DNA of 64,000 nucleotides from Haliotis rufescens (Eukaryota): NCBI RefSeq assembly GCF_023055435.1, contig NW_025963813.1, positions 21,266,001 to 21,330,000 of the forward strand, read 5' to 3'. Shown piece by piece: positions 10,778 to 21,448 of this stretch (position 1 is its first letter; each line of letters starts with the position of its first letter). The notes under the pieces were generated by a model. It saw only the letters and a program-made list of their open reading frames with translations, ran no database searches and was not told where the DNA came from. The position numbers and the translations under genes were made by a program.

Positions 10778-11962
10778 ATGTTTAATATAAATATTGATGA
10801 TTTTAATCTAGATAGCTTTGATAACCAGAGTACAAATGAAGTGGGTACTGATGAAACCAGTTTTATGAATCTTAACGATGAAATTTTGAAGCCAGCCGTA
10901 AATGATTATTACGATGCCTTAAAAGAAACTCCTATTGGTCATGACTATTCAAAGTTTACGATAGATAGTAAAGGAATATTGCGTCTGCGTGGCTCTCCAG
11001 ATATTGACCTTATGAATTCTCATACTCCTTAGTCCCTAGCCTTGTCTACGATAGCCAGTAAACATGGCATCAACATTGTTCGTAATGAATTAGGTTTTGT
11101 AGACTACTCACGAGAAAAACTTCCCGCGAAAACTACTAAGGCTCTTAAGACTGTGCGTACTGAACTCGGTGCTATAGATAAAGATAATTTGGAAGAAAGC
11201 TCGAGGTGGGCCTCGAACGGACTCGGGGAAATCTTGGATACCTACTACGATAATTACACATTACAGGTATCACCATTATTTGAGTACAATATAAGGGAAT
11301 TACGAGGACTTGACAAGGCAAAGCGAACAATGCGGGGTGAACTCATCAATAATATAGCAAAGCTATCTGAACTTGACAAGCATATAGCTTATGAGAAAAC
11401 AAAACTTGAACAGGTGGGTGATGAATACATTAGATGCCGCATTGCTGAAAGATTGCGTAACTTAGAAGAAGAAAGATCGGCCCGCCTCGAAGCTGCTTCG
11501 AGTAATAGAAAGGCACTTTGTTCACAAATATGTCAAATTCGAGAAACTATCGATCAAGTCCTCAGCAATGATACTACACTGGCGGATAAAATTAAAATAT
11601 TGTTCAGAGAACAGGGAATAACCATTGCCAGTATTTTAACCGCATTGGGATTTATTATATCGATTTTGACTTTCGCGTTAACCGGCGGTACAGGCGGTAC
11701 AGGAGGTGGCACACCACCTAGTGATAAGGGTGGTGTAAAATAGTGGATAAAAAAACTTTTAAAAGCATTAGGAGAAGCACTTGGAAAGCTCGCTGGGAAA
11801 GCTGCGTCTGCACTTCCCAGTATAATAGGGAGTATTGTTTCCTGGCTCTTGAATTTATTAGCTAAGACCACCACTTGGCTAAGTCAAAACTTATGGGCAC
11901 TGATCGTAGCAATTGCTGGACTGTTGTACTTATCCGTTAAAGACTATTTATCCAAATCATGA
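10778..11962 (+). pseudogene. ~394 aa coiled-coil protein with C-terminal TM, Gly linker, amphipathic helix and TM (candidate membrane-active virion protein)
   Basis: ORFs 10778-11032 and 11042-11743 plus 11744-11962 share one frame, broken only by two TAG codons. Confidence 0.8.
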
Positions 11963-13027
11963 GTAAACCAGCCGAGACTCCACCTATTATAAGCGCTGTT
12001 TTTTCATTGATATGTTGTTGATTTTTACCGGCAATATGTGGCGGCACTTGTGGCTGTGCGTCAGTAGATGACTGTTGTGGTGACTGTGGCTTGACTATTC
12101 CCGTTTCGCCTGTGTTTGTTTGTGTTATGACTTCAGTGTTAATATCTGAATTTATACCTGGTTTTTGTTGATCGGTAGCAATAACAATTTTATTATTATA
12201 GCCGATCACTTGACCGATCTTAAGTTCCATATTACTCGGAGACATGTATCGTTCCGGCGCATAAACATAGTCTTCTTTGGATTGAGCGTACTGTAATACA
12301 TCTTGATAACGCTTTATAGAAGATGTTATGTCAACTTGTGACACATTTGCGACAAACTGTTTTTGCGCATCGAACGCCGTCCCAGAACCGATTATTCCCG
12401 TTCGTGTTTGCGATTGTGCACCAAGATTTGACCATACATAAGTTCTTATTGATTCATTAACTCTTACAACTGCTCAACCTTTTGGATGGTGAAAGTAACA
12501 CCACTCTTAAAGTTCATACGATCATCTCCCCACTCGTTACTCGAGAGAGCAAGGCTCGGAATAAGCCGACCTCTTTTCAGTAAATCATCGCTGACTTCTT
12601 TAACAGAGTGTGCACCAGTGTACGGAATACCTAGACCATGGTTAACTCCACTCAGACGCCAATCTTTACTCGTAGAAACATTAAATTCCTGACAAATACG
12701 CTCATACATGAACCTATTGTATGGATTATTTGATGTATTCCAGGCTTGATCCTGCGGTAATGGGGCACTAATTTCTTTAAGTATACGTCTAATCTGATAG
12801 CAAACGTGAAATGATAAAACAGACTTATTTAGTTCAAATCCTGGGGCATAAAGAGATATGCCACATCCTGTTGTGGTACACCATATGGCAAAGTTTAACT
12901 GGTTCTGCCAAAATTGCATTCGATTGTGGAACCAATCATGCACCATTTTATCGCTAGTTGACGTGACCCTGTATTTTTCAAAGATATCAGGAAATTTAAA
13001 AAAAACAACTGTAAAAGTTGATTTCAT
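11937..13027 (-). pseudogene. Conserved Polinton hypothetical protein with C-terminal TM anchor
   Basis: FWQNQLNFAIWCTTTGCGIS...FHVCYQIRRIL...NNPY, a linker RVNESIRTYVW..LGAQSQTR...AFDAQKQF, then ORF 11937-12344 ending HINEKTALIIGGVSAGLLMIW. Confidence 0.75.
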
Positions 13028-13063
13028 ATTTAAGTTATGATATAGTATCTTTGTATATCTAAT

Positions 13064-13492
13064 ATGTATGTTACACTCCTAGGAATAATAAATGGCCAGT
13101 CTATTCAACTGCTTCATACTATCGATAACTCGGATGGACAACTTGAAGTCGCTCTATGTGATGTAACGTTTTACCTGCGTTTGACCAATATAAGTGATGG
13201 GAGAGAAAATAAAAAGTTATTTTTTGATAGAGATGTGTACACTATATCTGATCGGTATTACAGCGTATGCTCACTCAATGATGAATTTTTTAAGCCTTTT
13301 GGACATAGTCTCACACAAAATGAGTCGAATGGGATGTTGATTTTAAACACTGGAGAAAGGGGAGTAACTCTTCTCCCATACTTCATAGATACAATTGGAT
13401 TTTTTACCAGTTATGCTTTCACAATCAATAATCTTGCCAAGTTTACATTCTTTTCTCTTAAAATGAGGAGCAAGCAGTTGTCCATTATATAA
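13064..13492 (+). pseudogene. Probable minor capsid (penton, single jelly-roll) protein, C-terminally decayed
   Basis: The N-terminal pattern IQL..TIDN..GQLEVALCDVTFY...NIS...TISDRYYSV..LN resembles Polinton minor capsid proteins. Recognised by eye. Confidence 0.6.
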
Positions 13493-13761
13493 ACTATTAA
13501 TTCTACCATCATATGTATACGGTCTCAGATACACTTGTACTGATTAGTATTGATATTACTACATGCACTTGTGGCGCAACATGTTTGAATGCTTGAATAT
13601 ATATTGTAAAATGGGCCTGTGGCCTGATTTACTGAAATAAACCACTACTACTACTAAGATATTTATGCCGTATAATATACATTTCATAAGGTTGATGTAT
13701 ACTCTCAAAACATTGAAGCAAGACCAATTAAAGACTATTATATGATATAATAATATACATT

Positions 13762-14364
13762 ATGGGTTTATATCCGGTACTCGATGAAGCATCTGAAAAG
13801 ATTGATACTGTTGATGGATTTCGCTTACATCAAATAAGCAATATTAAACATCGAATAGAGAAGGAGAGGGAACTTAGACTTGGATTGTATAAAAAGTATC
13901 GTAGAGCTGTGAATGCTCTCGATGGAGTTGACACTATGCTCATAACAGCTGGCATGGGACTCAGTGTAGCCGGTGTTGGTTTATTATTAACTATAATCGC
14001 CGAGCCTATCGTACTTGGCATGGAAGTAGTGGCCAGAGTCTCAGGACTGGCGGGAATAGCGATAAAATTTATTTCTCTTAAGTTGCAAAAGAAAGCATTA
14101 AAACGTGATAATATTAGGATGCTCACCGAAGCAAAGTTGAACAGCATTGAGGATCATATTTCAACAGCACTGGCCGATTGTAAGATATCCGAGGAGGAGT
14201 TTTATTTAGTGTTGTCAGAACTCACAAAATACAATGCAATGAAGCAGGAGATTCGGTCAAATTCTCGTTAGACCAATGGTATTAGTGAAGGCGATAAAAA
14301 AAAGTTCATAGAACAAGGGAGACAACAGCGCTTCAATTATTCAGTGCCAAAACCAAAGAACTAG
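13762..14364 (+). pseudogene. Polinton/adintovirus accessory membrane protein with a central hydrophobic hairpin and a premature stop at 14269
   Basis: LYPVL..FRLHQI..E.ELR..LYKKYRR, a Gly-rich hydrophobic core, then KLNSIEDHISTALAD.KISEEEFYLVLSELTKY. The frame continues past the TAG (KKKFIEQGRQ). Confidence 0.75.
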
Positions 14365-14426
14365 TTGGAGATTAAAAATAGATTGTTTGATCACATTTAA
14401 ACAAATGCTTACATAGGTATATAATA

Positions 14427-14663
14427 ATGAAGCCAATCAAATGGAGAGAATTACCACAGGGTATATATTATATCAGTGATGTCAAACCAACCAAATACGG
14501 TCATCAATTGTGTCTTTCAAATTTCGAAAAAGAGAATATAGTCTGGTCTCCTAGTAAAATGAATGAAGAACTTAGTAAAAATGTTGAATATCACTTTGTT
14601 CAAAATAATGTAATGCTTATGAGCAAAAATAATAGAGAATATTTTCATTACAATTTAGTATAA
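14427..14663 (+). CDS. Small (78 aa) beta-rich Polinton protein, possibly OB-fold or ssDNA-binding; intact
   Basis: Complete ORF ending 2 bp before the right TIR. IKWRELPQGIYYI...TKYG...VWSP pattern. The fold is a guess. Confidence 0.6.
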   Translation: MKPIKWRELPQGIYYISDVKPTKYGHQLCLSNFEKENIVWSPSKMNEELSKNVEYHFVQNNVMLMSKNNREYFHYNLV

Positions 14664-14665
14664 TC

Positions 14666-14750
14666 TCATGACGATCGTCGAATCACATCATCATTTTGAC
14701 ATGAAAAAATCCCTCTGTAGTGGTCCAGAACTGTCATTGTCTATACTACT
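14666..14750 (-). repeat. Right terminal inverted repeat of the Polinton
   Basis: Reverse complement reads AGTAGTATAGACAATGACAGTTCTGGACCACTACAGAGGGATTTTTTCATGTCAAAATGATGATGTGATTCGACGATCGTCATGA, matching the left end. Confidence 0.93.
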
Positions 14751-17700
14751 GTTTGATTCGATTTGTTTTAGTTTGCAGTCCATGTAATTATTTCATTAGC
14801 CTGAAACCAATTCGCAAGTTCGTACATAAATAAATTTTCGTTGTGTTCACTGTAATTCCTGCATTTTAATTAGCTGAACTGGTCACGTGTTATTGCATCC
14901 ATTTCCCAATGCATGTACAAAAATGTAGCCGAGCCAACCGAAGCAGACTACTGTTATTACTACGGAATGTCGGGCAATCCCAATTAAAGTCGAGGGCATT
15001 CCCTTTCTTCTCACCTGTATCATCATGTAAAAAACATCATACAGCGACATTCATGCATATTCAGCTGCCAGACTGTCCACCGAGGCCGGAGGGAGAGGAG
15101 GAATGCAACAACAACGTGAAGGGTCGCTCGTCCAGGCTCCACAAAGTTCATGTCTTTGTGTTTCATTTCTCATCGCATTTCTCCAAATGTGTCTTTCCGT
15201 TTTCAGTAAACTAATGTTTGAATCTGACAGTTACTAACCATGAATTTGGAAACGACCGCCTTCTTCTGGTATATTGTTCCGGTTCGTTACAGTCTGACAG
15301 TTGCAGATCTTCTCGCCTCTTGCCTTGATTGACAGGTCCTTTAAACTTTGTTTGATGCTATCGAGGCCAAGCTTTAAGTATTTATACACATAAGTTAGAT
15401 ATTTTAGATGTTTCATTTCAGCTTTTAACTTTACATACAGTACACTACAAAGTTACACAAGTCCTCAATACAATAAGTCTAGCCCTGCACCTTGCACTTA
15501 ACAATATCCACCTTACTGGGTCAGGCCAGATTTGACCCATGCGCGTGCACTCTGCACAAGTTTCTTTTGTCTTTCAACTTTTGTTTCTCCGGTCAGCTCA
15601 TTCTATCTATCTACTGTGTATTTAGTTTTAAAGGTTTCTGTCAGGCATGTCTAGTAGGCCGTGTTACACATGTGTTTCAGGAGGTCACTCTGATCGTTTC
15701 CCTTAAAATCAGCTCCTTGCTGATTGTGGCTGTTAAATATTGTGTGTATTCTTGGAACTCGGTGCTTGTGATTTGAGGAAATCATTATCCAGGATAGTTT
15801 ATTTGATTTGTGTATTTCATATACTGTATATGGTCTTGTACATTTTGTATTTCTTAAGAGGTGTTAGATTAATGCATCAGTGCATAAAAAAACTTAGCTG
15901 GTAGTTAAAGTAAAGTGGGTATTTCAACTATCAGTACAGTTAGTTGTATGTGGAATCTAATTCATGTAAATCTATGTTGTATCGTATTGCATCTATACAA
16001 TATGTTAGCTTGTTAAATACTGTATAACCAGTATAAACTTTACTAAACTAAATTATTATTTAAACATTTCCTAAACCTATAACTGTATGAATGTCATATG
16101 GAATAAGAACGTATGTTTGGGACATGTGTTGTTTTTATAACTTATTTACAGAATATTTTATAGAATGACGTGACCTTAACCCACCCTTGAATGTGACAGC
16201 ATGCCTCTGGTTAATGTCATGCCACACAGTGGTAAGTGGGGAACATAATTGTATATAGGGATCGTAACGTATTTTATGATTTATATTGGTAATATTTCTT
16301 TTTTGAAAGAAATATTGACATGATGCATATGTCATGGCTACTATCTGTATCCGATGTTTTTCTTGGTATTGAGATAAGTATGTGTAATCATGGAATTGGT
16401 TTATTTGTGTCTCCATGGTGATATATATGGGTCAAACTTAATAACTAGTTATCCTTCTAAATTAATATTTTGTGTGACTATAATGGGTTCACATAGTATT
16501 TACAAATGACAATTTTATACAGTTACTTAGAAATAGTTTACAACCTGCTACATATATAGGTAATTGTGTGTCATCGCTGCGATAGTACTTTTGATGTTTT
16601 TATTATATTTTCAGGGTATATTATTATTATGATTGTTTATGATGCACTCCAAATAAAGATGGCTGAACCGACAAGTAGCTTCGTGTTGTGTGTGCTCCAC
16701 CAACATATATCACATACTCGCTGCTACACTATACCGTTGGTTGGCTGTTGACTTTATGGGCGGGTCAAGTCAAATCAAACAGTCACCTGATTCGTGTAGC
16801 GCAACAGTATGTATTCCTACACCTGGAATGTTTATCAATCTCGTCATTTTTTTTCTGCTAAGTTTAAACTATTATAGATAACATATGTATATCTTGTCGA
16901 ATTTAATTATAAGGATTGACTGTGTGTTTTTGTCGGCTCATTAAGGGATGAATCGAAAAACCGACGTGCAAACGTTTGTAAGAATTCTTAAATAAATCAG
17001 GAAAAGGGTTCATTGTTCATCATACATCAATACTGATAGGAAGATATCACTTTTGGCTATTTAAGTTGTGAACTGAACGATTCTAATAAGTCAAAGCATT
17101 GCAGTGTGATAGTGGTGCATTATGCAGTAGTGACAACCTCTACGTAACAATCGGATATGTTGTAACCCTCGTGCGTCATGCATAAGAACTATTACGTCAC
17201 TGTCAAAAATATATATAATTTTTTCCAAAATGTATATTTACATTGTGTATTCAGTATAATTTTACTTTTATATACACGTGTATCTCATCGTCAATAAAAC
17301 ATCTGGAGAGTGACACGTCTTGAATATGGTATGGTAGACGACGACAGATGAGATGTCTAGGTCGTATTTACAAGCCGCCTACTTTTTCAGCTTTTAAATC
17401 GTTGTAAACATAGGAGGCGTAGACAATTTGAGCATCGATTTTGACATTAGCTGTAAACGGATGTTCAATGTGGACAAGTGCTGCAAATAGAACATGATGT
17501 CTTTTCTTTAAGTATTAAACGTATCTACTTAGTAGCTATACCATAAAAATAATGCCCGAGGAGACAGCATTTCTGATCATCATTGATAACTAGAAAAGGG
17601 CAAGACATGGTAAGGGCCTACTGTGACCCTCTAGTTTTGTACAATGTAAGTTAAAAAGACAGATATCACTAAATGAGTAAGTTATCAGACGTTCATAAGG

Positions 17701-17854
17701 ATGACAGTAGGACTTTGTTATATTCAACATTTACATATTTGACACAATAAACTAAAATGTGTTGATGACTGAATCAGGTAATGCTAAGCTGCATCAAAAA
17801 AGACGTGAGGTTTCGGAAAAGCTGTCATTTTTCTTTGACCCAAGGGGATTCGCT

Positions 17855-17989
17855 GAGTGAGTATTGTTTTACGCCGCTTTTAGCAATATTCCAGCAATGT
17901 CACTGCGGGGGGCACCAGAAATGGGCTTTTCACATTGTACCCATGTCGGGAATCGAGCCCGGGTCTTCAGCGTGACTAGCGAACGCCCC
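17855..17989 (-). mobile_element. tRNA-SINE family A, internally deleted (A-box region missing)
   Basis: Aligns to 1902-2065. Flanking 8-bp TSD GATTCGCT/GATTTGCT. Confidence 0.85.
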
Positions 17990-19379
17990 GATTTGCTCAG
18001 AGGTTGGTAAAAAGCAAAAAAGACATAACGATGTATTATTCATCTTGATACACATGACAGAAGATAACTTCAAGTAAAAAAATTGACTCCACAATCGTGA
18101 AGATTGAACAAACATGAAGTTATTGTGAGTTTTAAATTTTAATCTTACCTAATGGGCACGTACCACGGACCTTCCAAATGAGCAAAAGACATTGCGATAG
18201 CGAATAACCTTTCTGATTATAACTTGCGGCTGACATGGTGAAAGACAACCAATATTGCTAAAGTCCACGTTTTGTTTGTAAAAAGAAACACGTGCTGGAA
18301 ATTACGCAGGTAATACAGCCCCCAGTCGTATGAAGGGTATGATAAGACGAAATAGTGTTGCTAATGCTAGTACTCTGTTTGTTGCATCGCACACAGAGTC
18401 CGAGATGTCCAGCACAGCATAACATATATAAGAAACCCTCCGAGGAAAATAACTGGATAAAAATTATGTGTAACAAAAAAAAGCCCACGACAGGCGTAGT
18501 CGTCTTTTAGTGAAGGCGGCCGTACTGATGGCATGTAATCTGTATAGCCATAATGTTGGATGTTAATTGTCCTGACATGCGACATAAAATGACGACATCG
18601 TTGGTATTCGTCTCTTGAGGGTACTTCTTGAGAATCTTTTGTCGCGTACTTTGGGGAAAGGATGGATCTGATATTGGATGCGGACTCATGTACAAACATA
18701 TTATGTTGGCAGAGTGAAATTCTGTGCTTGGAATGGCTCATAACGAGCACCACAGGGATCTGACAGTAGCCCGGGTCTCCTTACTGAGTATGGATGTGTG
18801 TTCCCACCCGAAGGAATGTGTCGTTGATCTTAGATATAACAGGCCTTGATGACGGTTACCATAGATAATTAATAAGTGATGGTTTTGTAACAGTTTGAAA
18901 CGTAGTTATTGTATAGGGTCATGACACACATCCAAAGAACGTTTACATGATCTGAGTAGATCAGAATGCACACATACGCTGCTGTATAAAAGAAAGGCAA
19001 AAGTGGTTTTAGATGTATATTTTACATCACTTAAATAATCAACAGCTTGGCACACATCATTGTCACTGACCCAGGTTCCCTATGACACACTTGGAACAGT
19101 AGATTTTCAAGGGGAAGGTCATCTGTTCTTATTATCTTTTGTGGCTACCATTAGAGTCCTAAACTGACTGGCATCGTCGTCCCATGGATGCATTAACTAA
19201 ACGATACTATTTACTACAAAAAAAAAAATGTTTTTATCAATTATCAGCAAAACTACTCCATGTCTATGTCCCCTTATATTGGGAATAGAAACGTATGAAC
19301 AGAAAGTACTCAAAATGTAAACATAAAGCCTCATCACGTCCGCCATACCATAAATATCTCTGCTAATTAAACAAAAAGT

Positions 19380-19419
19380 AGTAATAATAATAAATAATAA
19401 TAATAGTAATAATAATAAT
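19380..19419 (+). repeat. (TAA)n microsatellite
   Basis: Directly visible, imperfect. Confidence 0.9.
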
Positions 19420-19493
19420 GGTCTGATGATGTACGCCTCTCCGTGATGGGCCTAGATATGGAGGATGTATTCCCCTGAAGCAAACGTACATCA
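19420..19493 (+). ncRNA. Putative, probably decayed HDV-like self-cleaving ribozyme at the 5' end of a non-LTR retroelement relic
   Basis: P1 GGTCTG/TGGGCC; perfect 9-bp P2 TGATGTACG/CGTACATCA; L3 TCTCCGT; P1.1 CT/AG; J4/2 GCAAA. P3 is defective. Confidence 0.5.
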
Positions 19494-20329
19494 CTCAGTG
19501 GGGCTAAACCCCGAAACAGGTTCAACACAGGGTTACAGAACGTCAAGAAGAAACTCATCTTTTACCTCCGGAGCCCAGTCAGCCTCCCACCGGTATACAA
19601 ACCAACCAAACTGGAGATTGGACTAACCCCAGGGGGAGGCACAGAACCCATCCAAGAATTAACTGGACGTACCAACTTAAGTTGCGAAAGCAGCAGTGTG
19701 GTCTAAAATACCACGAATGAATAAATAGCAAATTATTGAAGCCATTCCAATGTATGCATTTCTGACAGAGAAGAATATATACGACCAGCTCCGGCGACTG
19801 AAACTGTATATGCGCCGTGAACCAGGTTAACAAACTGCCAACACTCGTCAGGCGCCTTTGCACGAAACCTCAAGTTTCAAAAGTAGCAGATCCGAAATTG
19901 CAAATGGACGTTCGCATTGTTCTCCCTAAATTACCTGATGCAGTTGTCACTGATGACCCACCCATGAGCTCACAAAATGAAATCCCTGATGTTTTCCTCG
20001 AAGACTTTTGAGTCCCCCCCCTATTCCGAAATGTTCTGAGTGGGTTCGACAAGGCAGCGGTTCCTGGGAGAAGTCTCAGTGGGATGCGTGTACAATTGGC
20101 AAGGGCCCAGAGCTTTAATGTGTACAACACGGTCACTTTTCGTTCCCTTCCTGTGATATGTACTTTAATTATATAATTCAGTGTGAAAGACCGATTTTTC
20201 GGAAGTTGAGAAGAGTGATATAGTTAATGCAAGGTACATAACACTCGATATTTCACTGCTGTGAACATAACACATTGACAGAACAATTGTCATACAAGTA
20301 TGACCTCTCCTCCAATTGTCTCCGGGTGC

Positions 20330-20585
20330 ACGGGTTGCCCAGTCGTCAAAGGCGCCGCGATTCCCAGTGCAGAGATGTATCCCTTGGATAAGCCAGAAAC
20401 CTATGATTGTGGGTTCGAATCCCGGTTCGCCCCGATTATGTTTCTAGCTTTGTCAGCACCATACCCGTGCTCGTGGGTTTCACCGAAGTGGCAAACGTCT
20501 GAGACCTGCTTCACTTCGGGCTTTCCTCCCACATTAAGCTGACACGCCGTGATATAACTGGGATACTGTTAAAAGCGGCGTTTTA
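20330..20585 (+). mobile_element. Diverged SINE-like element (B box GGGTTCGAATCCC, 3' tail shared with family A)
   Basis: Tail GCCGTGATATAACTGGGATACTGTTAAAAGCGGCG resembles the family A tail. A partial second copy lies at ~40055-40170. Boundaries approximate. Confidence 0.6.
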
Positions 20586-21059
20586 ACGACTTCCCTTTAA
20601 CGTTAGTTCCACATTGACAAGGCAAAATAATTACAGATGGTCATTCATGGAGTTAATATCGCATCGTGCCGTTTGTTATTCTCTTGAAAATGTTTTGTTA
20701 TAAACTGAAAAATTTCTCACTTAACTCGGCTGTTCGTTTCGCAAAGCGAATTTTTGTTACTTGACCAGCGTGTATTCTTCCACTTCAAACAGCGGCCTCG
20801 AATATTTTAGTTTAAAGTTGATTTTGTATATTACTATATCTATATGTATGATACAGAATTATCGTGACCCAAAATGTGTTTTTTTTGTTACTTATATACA
20901 TATATTTTTTAAGATTTTGCAAACTCGAAACTACTTTTTTACTCCCAAATACAAGAGGTTGTGAACCGTCCCTGTGTGTTAGGTAGGGAGAATTTACGTT
21001 TCAAGGTTTTACATTTGTTATGAAATAATTAAATTTCCCGGTTGACAACAACACAAAAG

Positions 21060-21269
21060 GTATATAATAAATATGATATTTCACGTGTCGAGTAAAATAT
21101 TATGTTTCTCTCATTACGTGGCGGGGAAAAATGAGATATTTCACGAGTGGCGTATATCTCCTTTATCCCCGTCAGCCACCCGTAGGCACTCGTGAAAATA
21201 ACTCCTTTCTCTCCGTCACTCGGTGAGAGGAACATAATATTTTACTCGACACAAGAACAATCCTCTATA
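21060..21269 (-). mobile_element. Long imperfect hairpin starting ATAGAGG on the minus strand; end of a second Crypton-like non-autonomous family
   Basis: Arms GTGTCGAGTAAAATATTATGT / ACATAATATTTTACTCGACAC and TTTCACGAGTG / CACTCGTGAAA. Same terminal heptamer as the 1 kb element. The other end was not located. Confidence 0.6.
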
Positions 21270-21448
21270 TCTTACATCGATGAAGCAACATGTTAAGATT
21301 GAAATGACAAAAATAAGTTGATGTGTCCTCGCGACTGTTCCCATGGAGCATTCCTTTATTACAAAACCGTTTCAAATTAGTCCAGCTATGGCGTTAAACT
21401 ATTTCGCAATCTCCTACAATGGATGTGATGAAGGAACTGAGAAGTGCT

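Larger units (their letters stand above)
857..14750. mobile_element. Full-length, decayed Polinton/Maverick (adintovirus-like endogenous virus), 13.9 kb including two nested insertions
   Basis: Termini AGTAGTATAGACAATGACAGTTCTGGACCAC (857) and the exact reverse complement ending ...CTATACTACT (14750). GTTTG flanks both ends (852-856, 14751-14755). Interior encodes integrase, pPolB, A32-like ATPase and capsid proteins. Confidence 0.96.

Noticed and set aside
19424-19520. Hammerhead ribozyme (CTGATGA...GAAAC)
   Set aside because: No stem II directly links CTGATGA to GAAA and stems I and III are missing. The HDV-like topology fits better.
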